Of a stretch of 64,000 bases of DNA, positions 1 through 12,200 are shown in pieces. The stretch comes from Eledone cirrhosa (Eukaryota), in contig CAXHJY010000397.1 in assembly GCA_964016885.1 (NCBI GenBank), positions 62,001 to 126,000 on the forward strand, written 5' to 3'. The notes beneath the pieces are model-generated. The model made no database searches, was not told the DNA's origin, and saw only the letters and a list, made by a program, of their open reading frames with translations. A program made the position numbers and the translations under genes. Position 1 is the first letter of the stretch. The number at the start of each line of letters is the position of its first letter.

Positions 1-2619
1 AGCTTAGCTTAGCTTAGGATAGCTTAGCTTAGCTTAGCTTAGGATAGCTTAGCTTAGCTTAGGATAGCTTAGCTTAGCTTAGCTTAGGATAGCTTAGCTT
101 AGCTTAGCTTAGGATAGCTTAGCTTAGGATAGCTTAGGATTGCTTAGCTTAGCTTAGCTTAGGATAGCTTAGCTTAGCTTAGCTTAGGATAGCTTAGCTT
201 AGCTTAGGATAGCTTAGCTTAGCTTAGCTTAGGATAGCTTAGCTTAGCTTAGCTTAGGATAGCTTAGCTTAGCTTAGCTTAGGATAGCTTAGGATAGCTT
301 AGGATAGCTTAGCTTAGCTTAGCTTAGGATAGCTTAGCTTAGCTTAGGATAGCTTAGCTTAGCTTAGCTTAGGATAGCTTAGCTTAGCTTAGGATAGCTT
401 AGCTTAGCTTAGCTTAGGATAGCTTAGCTTAGCTTAGCGTAGGATAGCTTAGCTTAGCTTAGCTTAGGATAGCTTAGCTTAGCTTAGCTTAGGATAGCTT
501 AGCTTAGCTTAGGATAGATTAGCTTAGCTTAGGATAGCTTAGCTTAGCTTAGCTTAGGAAAGCTTAGCTTAGCTTAGGATAGCTTAGCTTAGCTTAGCTT
601 AGGAGAGCTTAGCTTAGCTTAGCTTAGGATAGCTTAGCTTAGCTTAGCTTAGGATAGCTTAGCTTAGCTTAGCTTAGGTAGCTTAGCTTAGCTTAGCTTA
701 GGATAGCTTAGCTTAGCTTAGCTTAGCTTAGGATAGCTTAGCTTAGCTTAGCTTAGGAGAGCTTAGCTTAGCTTAGCTTAGGATAGCTTAGGATAGCTTA
801 GCTTAGGATAGCTTAGGATAGCTTACCTTAGGAGAGCTTAGCTTAGGATAGCTTAGCTTAGGATAGCTTAGGATAGCTTAGCTTAGGATAGCTTAGCTTA
901 GGATAGCTTAGCTTAGGATAGCTTAGGATAGCTTAGCTTAGCTTAGCTTAGGATAGCTTAGCTTAGCTTAGCTTAGGATAGCTTAGCTTAGGTTAGCTTA
1001 GCTTAGCTTAGCTTAGCTTAGGATAGCTTAGCTTAGGATAGCTTAGGATAGCTTAGGATAGCTTAGCTTAGGATAGCTTAGCTTAGGATAGCTTAGGATA
1101 GCTTAGCTTAGGATAGCTTAGGATAGCTTAGCTTAGGATAGCTTAGCTTAGGATAGCTTAGGATAGCTTAGCTTAGCTTAGCTTAGGATAGCTTAGCTTA
1201 GCTTAGCTTAGGATAGCTTAGCTTAGCTTAGGATAGCTTAGCTTAGCTTAGCTTAGGATAGCTTAGGATAGCTTAGCTTAGGATAGCTTAGGATAGCTTA
1301 GCTTAGGATAGCTTAGGATAGCTTAGGATAGCTTAGCTTAGCTTAGCTTAGCTTAGGATAGCTTAGCTTAGCTTAGCTTAGGATAGCTTAGCTTAGCTTA
1401 GCTTAGGATAGCTTAGCTTAGCTTAGGATAGCTTAGCTTAGCTTAGCTTAGGATAGCTTAGCTTAGCTTAGCTTAGGACAGCTTAGCTTAGCTTAGCTTA
1501 GGATAGCTTAGCTTAGCTTAGGATAGCTTAGCTTAGCTTAGCTTAGGATAGCTTAGCTTAGCTTAGCTTAGGATAGCTTAGCTTAGGATAGCTTAGCTTA
1601 GGATAGCTTAGCTTAGGTTAGCTTAGCTTAGCTTAGCTTAGGATAGCTTAGGATAGCTTAGCTTAGGATAGCTTAGCTTAGCTTAGCTTAGCATAGCTTA
1701 GCTTAGCTTAGCTTAGGATAGCTTAGCTTAGCTTAGCTTAGGATAGCTTAGCTTAGCTTAGCTTAGGATAGCTTAGCTTAGGATAGCTTAGGATAGCTTA
1801 GCTTAGCTTAGGATAGCTTAGCTTAGCTTAGCTTAGGATAGCTTAGCTTAGCTTAGGATAGCTTAGCTTAGCTTAGCTTAGGATAGCTTAGCTTAGCTTA
1901 GCTTAGGATAGCTTAGCTTAGCTTAGCTTAGGATAGCTTAGGATAGCTTAGGATAGCTTAGCTTAGCTTAGCTTAGGATAGCTTAGCTTAGCTTAGCTTA
2001 GGATAGCTTAGCTTAGCTTAGCTTAGGATAGCTTAGCTTAGCTTAGGATAGCTTAGCTTAGCTTAGCTTAGGATAGCTTAGCTTAGCTTAGCTTAGGATA
2101 GCTTAGCTTAGCTTAGCTTAGGATAGATTAGCTTAGCTTAGGATAGCTTAGCTTAGCTTAGCTTAGGAAAGCTTAGCTTAGCTTAGGATAGCTTAGCTTT
2201 GCTTAGCTTAGGATAGCTTAGGATAGCTTAGCTTAGGATAGCTTAGGATAGCTTAGCTTAGGATAGCTTAGGATAGCTTAGGTTAGGATAGCTTAGCTTA
2301 GGATAGCTTAGGATAGCTTAGCTTAGGATAGCTTAGGATAGCTTAGCTTAGGATAGCTTAGGATAGCTTAGCTTAGGATAGCTTAGCTTAGGATAGCTTA
2401 GGAAAGCTTAGCTTAGCTTAGCTTAGGATAGCTTAGCTTAGCTTAGCTTAGGATAGCTTAGCTTAGCTTAGCTTAGGATAGCTTAGGATAGCTTAGCTTA
2501 GGATAGCTTAGGATAGCTTAGCTTAGGATAGCTTAGCTTATGATAGCTTAGGATAGCTTAGCTTAGGATAGCTTAGGATAGCTTAGCTTAGGATAGCTTA
2601 GCTTAGGATAGCTTAGGAT

Positions 2620-5600
2620 AGCTTAGCTTAGCTTAGCTTAGGATAGCTTAGCTTAGCTTAGCTTAGGATAGCTTAGCTTAGCTTAGCTTAGGATAGCTTA
2701 GCTTAGCTTAGGATAGCTTAGGATAGCTTAGCTTAGGATAGCTTAGGATAGCTTAGCTTAGGATAGCTTAGGATAGCTTAGCTTAGGATAGCTTAGGATA
2801 GCTTAGCTTAGGATAGCTTAGCTTAGGATAGCTTAGCTTAGCTTAGCTTAGGATAGCTTAGCTTAGGATAGCTTAGGATAGCTTAGCTTAGGATAGCTTA
2901 GCTTAGGATAGCTTAGGATAGCTTAGCTTAGCTTAGCTTAGGATAGCTTAGCTTAGCTTAGCTTAGGATAGCTTAGCTTAGCTTAGCTTAGGATAGCTTA
3001 GCTTAGCTTAGCTTAGGATAGCTTAGGATAGCTTAGCTTAGCTTAGCTTAGCTTAGGATAGCTTAGCTTAGCTTAGCTTAGGATAGCTTAGCTTAGCTTA
3101 GCTTAGGATAGCTTAGCTTAGCTTAGCTTAGGATAGCTTAGCTTAGATTAGCTTAGGATAGCTTAGCTTAGCTTAGCTTAGGATAGCTTAGGTTAGCTTA
3201 GGATAGCTTAGCTTAGGATAGCTTAGCTTAGGATAGCTTAGCTTAGGTTAGCTTAGCTTAGCTTAGGATAGCTTAGGATAGCTTAGCTTAGGATAGCTTA
3301 GCTTAGCTTAGGATAGCTTAGCTTAGCTTAGGATAGCTTAGCTTAGCTTAGCTTAGCTTAGGATAGCTTAGCTTAGGATAGCTTAGGATAGCTTAGCTTA
3401 GCTTAGGATAGCTTAGCTTAGCTTAGCTTAGGATAGCTTAGCTTAGCTTAGCTTAGGATAGCTTAGGATAGCTTAGCTTAGCTTAGCTTAGGATAGCTTA
3501 GCTTAGCTTAGCTTAGGATAGCTTAGCTTAGCTTAGCTTAGGATAGCTTAGCTTAGCTTAGCTTAGCTTAGGATAGCTTAGCTTAGCTTAGCTTAGCTTA
3601 GGATAGCTTAGCTTAGCTTAGCTTAGGATAGCTTAGCTTAGCTTAGGATAGCTTAGCTTAGCTTAGCTTAGGATAGCTTAGCTTAGCTTAGCTTAGGATA
3701 GCTTAGCTTAGCTTAGCTTAGGATAGCTTAGCTTAGCTTAGCTTAGGATAGCTTAGCTTAGCTTAGGATAGCTTAGCTTAGCTTAGGATAGCTTAGCTTA
3801 GCTTAGCTTAGCTTAGCTTAGCTTAGGATAGCTTAGCTTAGCTTAGCTTAGGATAGCTTAGCTTAGCTTAGCTTAGGATAGCTTAGCTTAGCTTAGCTTA
3901 GGATAGCTTAGCTTAGCTTAGGATAGCTTAGCTTAGCTTAGCTTAGGATAGCTTAGCTTAGCTGAGCTTAGGATAGCTTAGGATAGCTTAGCTTAGGATA
4001 GCTTAGGATAGCTTACCTTAGGAGAGCTTAGCTTAGGAAAGCTTAGCTTAGGATAGCTTAGGATAGCTTAGCTTAGGATAGCTTAGCTTAGGATAGCTTA
4101 GCTTAGGATAGCTTAGGATAGCTTAGCTTAGCTTAGCTTAGGATAGCTTAGCTTAGCTTAGCTTAGGATAGCTTAGCTTAGCTTAGCTTAGGATAGATTA
4201 GCTTAGCTTAGGATAGCTTAGCTTAGCTTAGCTTAGGAAAGCTTAGCTTAGCTTAGGATAGCTTAGTTTAGCTTAGCTTAGGAGAGCTTAGCTTAGCTTA
4301 GCTTAGGATAGCTTAGCTTAGCTTAGCTTAGGATAGCTTAGCTTAGCTTAGCTTAGGTAGCTTAGCTTAGCTTAGCTTAGGATAGCTTAGCTTAGCTTAG
4401 CTTAGGTTAGCTTAGCTTAGCTTAGCTTAGGAGAGCTTAGCTTAGCTTAGCTTAGGATAGCTTAGGATAGCTTAGCTTAGCTTAGCTTAGGATAGCTTAG
4501 CTTAGCTTAGCTTAGGATAGCTTAGCTTAGCTTAGCTTAGGATAGCTTAGCTTAGCTTAGGATAGCTTAGGATAGCTTAGCTTAGGATAGCTTAGGATAG
4601 CTTAGCTTAGGATAGCTTAGGATAGCTTAGCTTAGGATAGCTTAGGATAGCTTAGCTTAGGATAGCTTAGCTTAGGATAGCTTAGCTTAGCTTAGCTTAG
4701 GATAGCTTAGCTTAGGATAGCTTAGGATAGCTTAGCTTAGGATAGCTTAGCTTAGGATAGCTTAGGATAGCTTAGCTTAGCTTAGCTTAGGATAGCTTAG
4801 CTTAGCTTAGCTTAGGATAGCTTAGCTTAGCTTAGCTTAGGATAGCTTAGCTTAGCTTAGCTTAGGATAGCTTAGGATAGCTTAGCTTAGCTTAGCTTAG
4901 CTTAGGATAGCTTAGCTTAGCTTAGCTTAGGATAGCTTAGCTTAGCTTAGCTTAGGATAGCTTAGCTTAGCTTAGCTTAGGATAGCTTAGCTTAGATTAG
5001 CTTAGGATAGCTTAGCTTAGCTTAGCTTAGGATAGCTTAGGTTAGCTTAGGATAGCTTAGCTTAGGATAGCTTAGCTTAGGATAGCTTAGCTTAGGTTAG
5101 CTTAGCTTAGCTTAGGATAGCTTAGGATAGCTTAGCTTAGGATAGCTTAGCTTAGCTTAGGATAGCTTAGCTTAGCTTAGGATAGCTTAGCTTAGCTTAG
5201 CTTAGCTTAGGATAGCTTAGCTTAGGATAGCTTAGGATAGCTTAGCTTAGCTTAGGATAGCTTAGCTTAGCTTAGCTTAGGATAGCTTAGCTTAGCTTAG
5301 CTTAGGATAGCTTAGGATAGCTTAGCTTAGCTTAGCTTAGGATAGCTTAGCTTAGCTTAGCTTAGGATAGCTTAGCTTAGCTTAGCTTAGGATAGCTTAG
5401 CTTAGCTTAGGATAGCTTAGCTTAGCTTAGCTTAGCTTAGGATAGCTTAGCTTAGCTTAGCTTAGGATAGCTTAGCTTAGCTTAGGATAGCTTAGCTTAG
5501 CTTAGCTTAGGATAGCTTAGCTTAGCTTAGCTTAGGATAGCTTAGCTTAGCTTAGCTTAGGATAGCTTAGCTTAGCTTAGCTTAGGATAGCTTAGCTTAG

Positions 5601-6200
5601 CTTAGGATAGCTTAGCTTAGCTTAGGATAGCTTAGCTTAGCTTAGCTTAGCTTAGCTTAGGATAGCTTAGCTTAGCTTAGCTTAGGATAGCTTAGCTTAG
5701 CTTAGCTTAGGATAGCTTAGCTTAGCTTAGCTTAGGATAGCTTAGCTTAGCTTAGGATAGCTTAGCTTAGCTTAGCTTAGGATAGCTTAGCTTAGCTGAG
5801 CTTAGGATAGCTTAGGATAGCTTAGCTTAGGATAGCTTAGGATAGCTTACCTTAGGAGAGCTTAGCTTAGGAAAGCTTAGCTTAGGATAGCTTAGGATAG
5901 CTTAGCTTAGGATAGCTTAGCTTAGGATAGCTTAGCTTAGGATAGCTTAGGATAGCTTAGCTTAGCTTAGCTTAGGATAGCTTAGCTTAGCTTAGCTTAG
6001 GATAGCTTAGCTTAGCTTAGCTTAGGATAGATTAGCTTAGCTTAGGATAGCTTAGCTTAGCTTAGCTTAGGAAAGCTTAGCTTAGCTTAGGATAGCTTAG
6101 TTTAGCTTAGCTTAGGAGAGCTTAGCTTAGCTTAGCTTAGGATAGCTTAGCTTAGCTTAGCTTAGGATAGCTTAGCTTAGCTTAGCTTAGGTAGCTTAGC
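2620..6200 (+). repeat. ~1.84 kb tandem duplication
   Basis: AGATT 3147/4996 (offset 1,849); GCTGAG 3964/5798, ACCTT-AGGAG 4015/5849 and AGGT 4355/6189 (all offset 1,834). Confidence 0.85.
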
Positions 6201-9200
6201 TTAGCTTAGCTTAGGATAGCTTAGCTTAGCTTAGCTTAGCTTAGCTTAGGTTAGCTTAGCTTAGCTTAGCTTAGGAGAGCTTAGCTTAGCTTAGCTTAGG
6301 ATAGCTTAGGATAGCTTAGCTTAGGATAGCTTAGGATAGCTTACCTTAGGAGAGCTTAGCTTAGGATAGCTTAGCTTAGGATAGCTTAGGATAGCTTAGC
6401 TTAGGATAGCTTAGCTTAGGATAGCTTAGCTTAGGATAGCTTAGGATAGCTTAGCTTAGCTTAGCTTAGGATAGCTTAGCTTAGCTTAGCTTAGGATAGC
6501 TTAGCTTAGGTTAGCTTAGCTTAGCTTAGCTTAGCTTAGGATAGCTTAGCTTAGGATAGCTTAGGATAGCTTAGCTTAGGATAGCTTAGGATAGCTTAGC
6601 TTAGGAGAGCTTAGCTTAGGATAGCTTAGGATAGCTTAGCTTAGGATAGCTTAGGATAGCTTAGCTTAGGATAGCTTAGCTTAGGATAGCTTAGGATAGC
6701 TTAGCTTAGCTTAGGATAGCTTAGCTTAGCTTAGCTTAGGATAGCTTAGCTTAGCTTAGCTTAGGATAGCTTAGCTTAGCTTAGCTTAGGATAGCTTAGG
6801 ATAGCTTAGCTTAGGATAGCTTAGGATAGCTTAGCTTAGGATAGCTTAGGATAGCTTAGGATAGCTTAGCTTAGCTTAGCTTAGGATAGCTTAGCTTAGC
6901 TTAGCTTAGGATAGCTTAGCTTAGCTTAGCTTAGGATAGCTTAGCTTAGCTTAGGATAGCTTAGCTTAGCTTAGCTTAGGATAGCTTAGCTTAGCTTAGC
7001 TTAGGACAGCTTAGCTTAGCTTAGCTTAGGATAGCTTAGCTTAGCTTAGGATAGCTTAGCTTAGCTTAGCTTAGGATAGCTTAGCTTAGCTTAGCTTAGG
7101 ATAGCTTAGCTTAGGATAGCTTAGCTTAGGATAGCTTAGCTTAGGTTAGCTTAGCTTAGCTTAGCTTAGGATAGCTTAGGATAGCTTAGCTTAGGATAGC
7201 TTAGCTTAGCTTAGCTTAGGATAGCTTAGCTTAGCTTAGCTTAGGATAGCTTAGCTTAGCTTAGCTTAGGATAGCTTAGCTTAGCTTAGCTTAGGATAGC
7301 TTAGGATAGCTTAGCTTAGCTTAGCTTAGGGTAGCTTAGCTTAGCTTAGCTTAGGATAGCTTAGCTTAGCTTAGGATAGCTTAGCTTAGCTTAGCTTAGG
7401 ATAGCTTAGCTTAGCTTAGCTTAGGATAGCTTAGCTTAGCTTAGCTTAGGATAGCTTAGGATAGCTTAGGATAGCTTAGCTTAGCTTAGCTTAGGATAGC
7501 TTAGCTTAGCTTAGCTTAGGATAGCTTAGCTTAGCTTAGCTTAGGATAGCTTAGCTTAGCTTAGGATAGCTTAGCTTAGCTTAGCTTAGGATAGCTTAGC
7601 TTAGCTTAGCTTAGGATAGCTTAGCTTAGCTTAGCTTAGGATAGCTTAGCTTAGCTTAGGATAGCTTAGCTTAGCTTAGCTTAGGATAGCTTAGCTTAGG
7701 ATAGCTTAGGATAGCTTAGCTTAGGATAGCTTAGCTTAGGATAGCTTAGGATAGCTTAGCTTAGCTTAGCTTAGGATAGCTTAGCTTAGCTTAGGATAGC
7801 TTAGCTTAGCTTAGCTTAGGATAGCTTAGCTTAGCTTAGCTTAGGATAGCTTAGCTTAGCTTAGGATAGCTTAGCTTAGCTTAGCTTAGGATAGCTTAGC
7901 TTAGCTTAGCTTAGGATAGCTTAGCTTAGCTTAGCTTAGGATAGCTTAGCTTAGGATAGCTTAGCTTAGGATAGCTTAGCTTAGGTTAGCTTAGCTTAGC
8001 TTAGCTTAGGATAGCTTAGGATAGCTTAGCTTAGGATAGCTTAGCTTAGCTTAGCTTAGGATAGCTTAGCTTAGCTTAGCTTAGGATAGCTTAGCTTAGG
8101 ATAGCTTAGGATTGCTTAGCTTAGCTTAGCTTAGGATAGCTTAGCTTAGCTTAGCTTAGGATAGCTTAGCTTAGCTTAGGATAGCTTAGCTTAGCTTAGC
8201 TTAGGATAGCTTAGCTTAGCTTAGCTTAGGATAGCTTAGCTTAGCTTAGCTTAGGATAGCTTAGCTTAGCTTAGCTTAGGATAGCTTAGCTTAGCTTAGG
8301 ATAGCTTAGCTTAGCTTAGCTTAGGATAGCTTAGCTTAGCTTAGGATAGCTTAGCTTAGCTTAGCTTAGGATAGCTTAGCTTAGCTTAGCTTAGGATAGC
8401 TTAGCTTAGCTTAGCTTAGGATAGCTTAGCTTAGCTTAGCTTAGGATAGCTTAGCTTAGCTTAGCTTAGGATAGATTAGCTTAGCTTAGGATAGCTTAGC
8501 TTAGCTTAGCTTAGGAAAGCTTAGCTTAGCTTAGGATAGCTTAGCTTAGCTTAGCTTAGGAGAGCTTAGCTTAGCTTAGCTTAGGATAGCTTAGCTTAGC
8601 TTAGCTTAGGATAGCTTAGCTTAGCTTAGGTAGCTTAGCTTAGCTTAGCTTAGGATAGCTTAGCTTAGCTTAGCTTAGCTTAGGATAGCTTAGCTTAGCT
8701 TAGCTTAGGAGAGCTTAGCTTAGCTTAGCTTAGGATAGCTTAGGATAGCTTAGCTTAGGATAGCTTAGGATAGCTTACCTTAGGAGAGCTTAGCTTAGGA
8801 TAGCTTAGCTTAGGATAGCTTAGGATAGCTTAGCTTAGGATAGCTTAGCTTAGGATAGCTTAGCTTAGGATAGCTTAGGATAGCTTAGCTTAGCTTAGGA
8901 TAGCTTAGCTTAGCTTAGCTTAGGATAGCTTAGCTTAGGTTAGCTTAGCTTAGCTTAGCTTAGCTTAGGATAGCTTAGCTTAGGATAGCTTAGGATAGCT
9001 TAGGATAGCTTAGCTTAGGATAGCTTAGCTTAGGATAGCTTAGGATAGCTTAGCTTAGGATAGCTTAGGATAGCTTAGCTTAGGATAGCTTAGCTTAGGA
9101 TAGCTTAGGATAGCTTAGCTTAGCTTAGCTTAGGATAGCTTAGATTAGCTTAGCTTAGGATAGCTTAGCTTAGCTTAGCTTAGGATAGCTTAGCTTAGCT

Positions 9201-12200
9201 TAGCTTAGCTTAGGATAGCTTAGCTTAGCTTAGGATAGCTTAGCTTAGCTTAGGATAGCTTAGCTTAGCTTAGCTTAGGATAGCTTAGCTTAGCTTAGCT
9301 TAGGATAGCTTAGCTTAGCTTAGCTTAGGATAGCTTAGCTTAGCTTAGCTTAGGATAGCTTAGCTTAGCTTAGCTTAGGATAGCTTAGCTTAGCTTAGCT
9401 TAGGATAGCTTAGCTTAGCTTAGCTCAGGATAGCTTAGCTTAGGATAGCTTATCTTAGCTTAGCTTAGGATAGCTTAGCTTAGCTTAGCTTAGGATAGCT
9501 TAGCTTAGCTTAGCTTAGGATAGCTTAGCTTAGCTTGGCTTAGGATAGCTTAGCTTAGCTTAGCTTAGGATAGCCTAGCTTAGCTTAGCTTAGGATGGCT
9601 TAGCTTAGCTTAGCTTAGGATAGCTTAGCTTAGCTTAGCATAGGATAGCTTAGCTTAGTTTAGGATAGCTTAGCTTAGCTAAGCTTAGCTTAGGATAGCT
9701 TAGGATAGCTTAGCTTAGGATAGCTTAGGATAGCTTAGCTTAGGATAGCTTAGCTTAGGATAGCTTAGCTTAGGATAGCTTAGGATAGCTTAGCTTAGGA
9801 TAGCTTAGCTTAGGATAGCTTAGGATAGCTTAGCTTAGGATAGCTTAGGAAAGCTTAGCTTAGCTTAGCTTAGGATAGCTTAGCTTAGCTTAGCTTAGGA
9901 TAGCTTAGCTTAGCTTAGCTTAGGATAGCTTAGGATAGCTTAGCTTAGGATAGCTTAGGATAGCTTAGATTAGGATAGCTTAGCTTAGGTTAGCTTAGCT
10001 TAGGATAGCTTAGGATAGCTTAGCTTAGGATAGCTTAGGATAGCTTAGCTTAGGATAGCTTAGCTTAGGATAGCTTAGCTTAGGATAGCTTAGGATAGCT
10101 TAGCTTAGCTTAGCTTAGGATAGCTTAGCTTAGCTTAGCTTAGGATAGCTTAGCTTAGCTTAGCTTAGCTTAGGATAGCTTAGCTTAGCTTAGCTTAGGA
10201 TAGCTTAGGATAGCTTAGCTTAGGATAGTTTAGGATAGCTTAGGATAGCTTAGCTTAGGATAGCTTAGGATAGCTTAGCTTAGGATAGCTTAGCTTAGGA
10301 TAGCTTAGCTTAGCTTAGCTTAGGATAGCTTAGCTTAGGATAGCTTAGGATAGCTTAGCTTAGGATAGCTTAGCTTAGGATAGCTTAGGATAGCTTAGCT
10401 TAGCTTAGCTTAGCTTAGCTTAGCTTAGGATAGCTTAGCTTAGCTTAGCTTAGGATAGCTTAGCTTAGCTTAGGATAGCTTAGCTTAGCTTAGCTTAGGT
10501 AGCTTAGCTTAGCTTAGCTTAGGATAGCTTAGCTTAGCTTAGCTTAGGATAGCTTAGCTTAGCTTAGCTTAGGATAGCTTAGCTTAGCTTAGCTTAGGAT
10601 AGCTTAGCTTAGCTTAGCTTAGGATAGCTTAGCTTAGCTTAGCTTAGGATAGCTTAGCTTAGCTTAGGATAGCTTAGCTTAGCTTAGCTTAGGATAGCTT
10701 AGCTTAGCTGAGCTTAGGATAGCTTAGGATAGCTTAGCTTAGGATAGCTTAGGATAGCTTACCTTAGGAGAGCTTAGCTTAGGAAAGCTTAGCTTAGGAT
10801 AGCTTAGGATAGCTTAGCTTAGGATAGCTTAGCTTAGGATAGCTTAGCTTAGGATAGCTTAGGATAGCTTAGCTTAGCTTAGCTTAGGATAGCTTAGCTT
10901 AGCTTAGCTTAGGATAGCTTAGCTTAGCTTAGCTTAGGATAGATTAGCTTAGCTTAGGATAGCTTAGCTTAGCTTAGCTTAGGAAAGCTTAGCTTAGCTT
11001 AGGATAGCTTAGTTTAGCTTAGCTTAGGAGAGCTTAGCTTAGCTTAGCTTAGGATAGCTTAGCTTAGCTTAGCTTAGGATAGCTTAGCTTAGCTTAGCTT
11101 AGGTAGCTTAGCTTAGCTTAGCTTAGGATAGCTTAGCTTAGCTTAGCTTAGGTTAGCTTAGCTTAGCTTAGCTTAGGAGAGCTTAGCTTAGCTTAGCTTA
11201 GGATAGCTTAGGATAGCTTAGCTTAGCTTAGCTTAGGATAGCTTAGCTTAGCTTAGCTTAGGATAGCTTAGCTTAGCTTAGCTTAGGATAGCTTAGCTTA
11301 GCTTAGGATAGCTTAGGATAGCTTAGCTTAGGATAGCTTAGGATAGCTTAGCTTAGGATAGCTTAGGATAGCTTAGCTTAGGATAGCTTAGGATAGCTTA
11401 GCTTAGGATAGCTTAGCTTAGGATAGCTTAGCTTAGCTTAGCTTAGGATAGCTTAGCTTAGGATAGCTTAGGATAGCTTAGCTTAGGATAGCTTAGCTTA
11501 GGATAGCTTAGGATAGCTTAGCTTAGCTTAGCTTAGGATAGCTTAGCTTAGCTTAGCTTAGGATAGCTTAGCTTAGCTTAGCTTAGGATAGCTTAGCTTA
11601 GCTTAGCTTAGGATAGCTTAGGATAGCTTAGCTTAGCTTAGCTTAGCTTAGGATAGCTTAGCTTAGCTTAGCTTAGGATAGCTTAGCTTAGCTTAGCTTA
11701 GGATAGCTTAGCTTAGCTTAGCTTAGGATAGCTTAGCTTAGATTAGCTTAGGATAGCTTAGCTTAGCTTAGCTTAGGATAGCTTAGGTTAGCTTAGGATA
11801 GCTTAGCTTAGGATAGCTTAGCTTAGGATAGCTTAGCTTAGGTTAGCTTAGCTTAGCTTAGGATAGCTTAGGATAGCTTAGCTTAGGATAGCTTAGCTTA
11901 GCTTAGGATAGCTTAGCTTAGCTTAGGATAGCTTAGCTTAGCTTAGCTTAGCTTAGGATAGCTTAGCTTAGGATAGCTTAGGATAGCTTAGCTTAGCTTA
12001 GGATAGCTTAGCTTAGCTTAGCTTAGGATAGCTTAGCTTAGCTTAGCTTAGGATAGCTTAGGATAGCTTAGCTTAGCTTAGCTTAGGATAGCTTAGCTTA
12101 GCTTAGCTTAGGATAGCTTAGCTTAGCTTAGCTTAGGATAGCTTAGCTTAGCTTAGGATAGCTTAGCTTAGCTTAGCTTAGCTTAGGATAGCTTAGCTTA

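Noticed and set aside
436-440. Singleton variants such as AGCGT (439), AGTAT (25491), AGAAT (41047) and TCGCT (50432)
   Set aside because: Single occurrences cannot be told apart from consensus errors. The near absence of CpG simply follows from the monomer sequence.
7326-7331. Vertebrate-type TTAGGG (about nine copies)
   Set aside because: It is a single A-to-G variant (AGGGT) propagated by block duplication and is never tandem.
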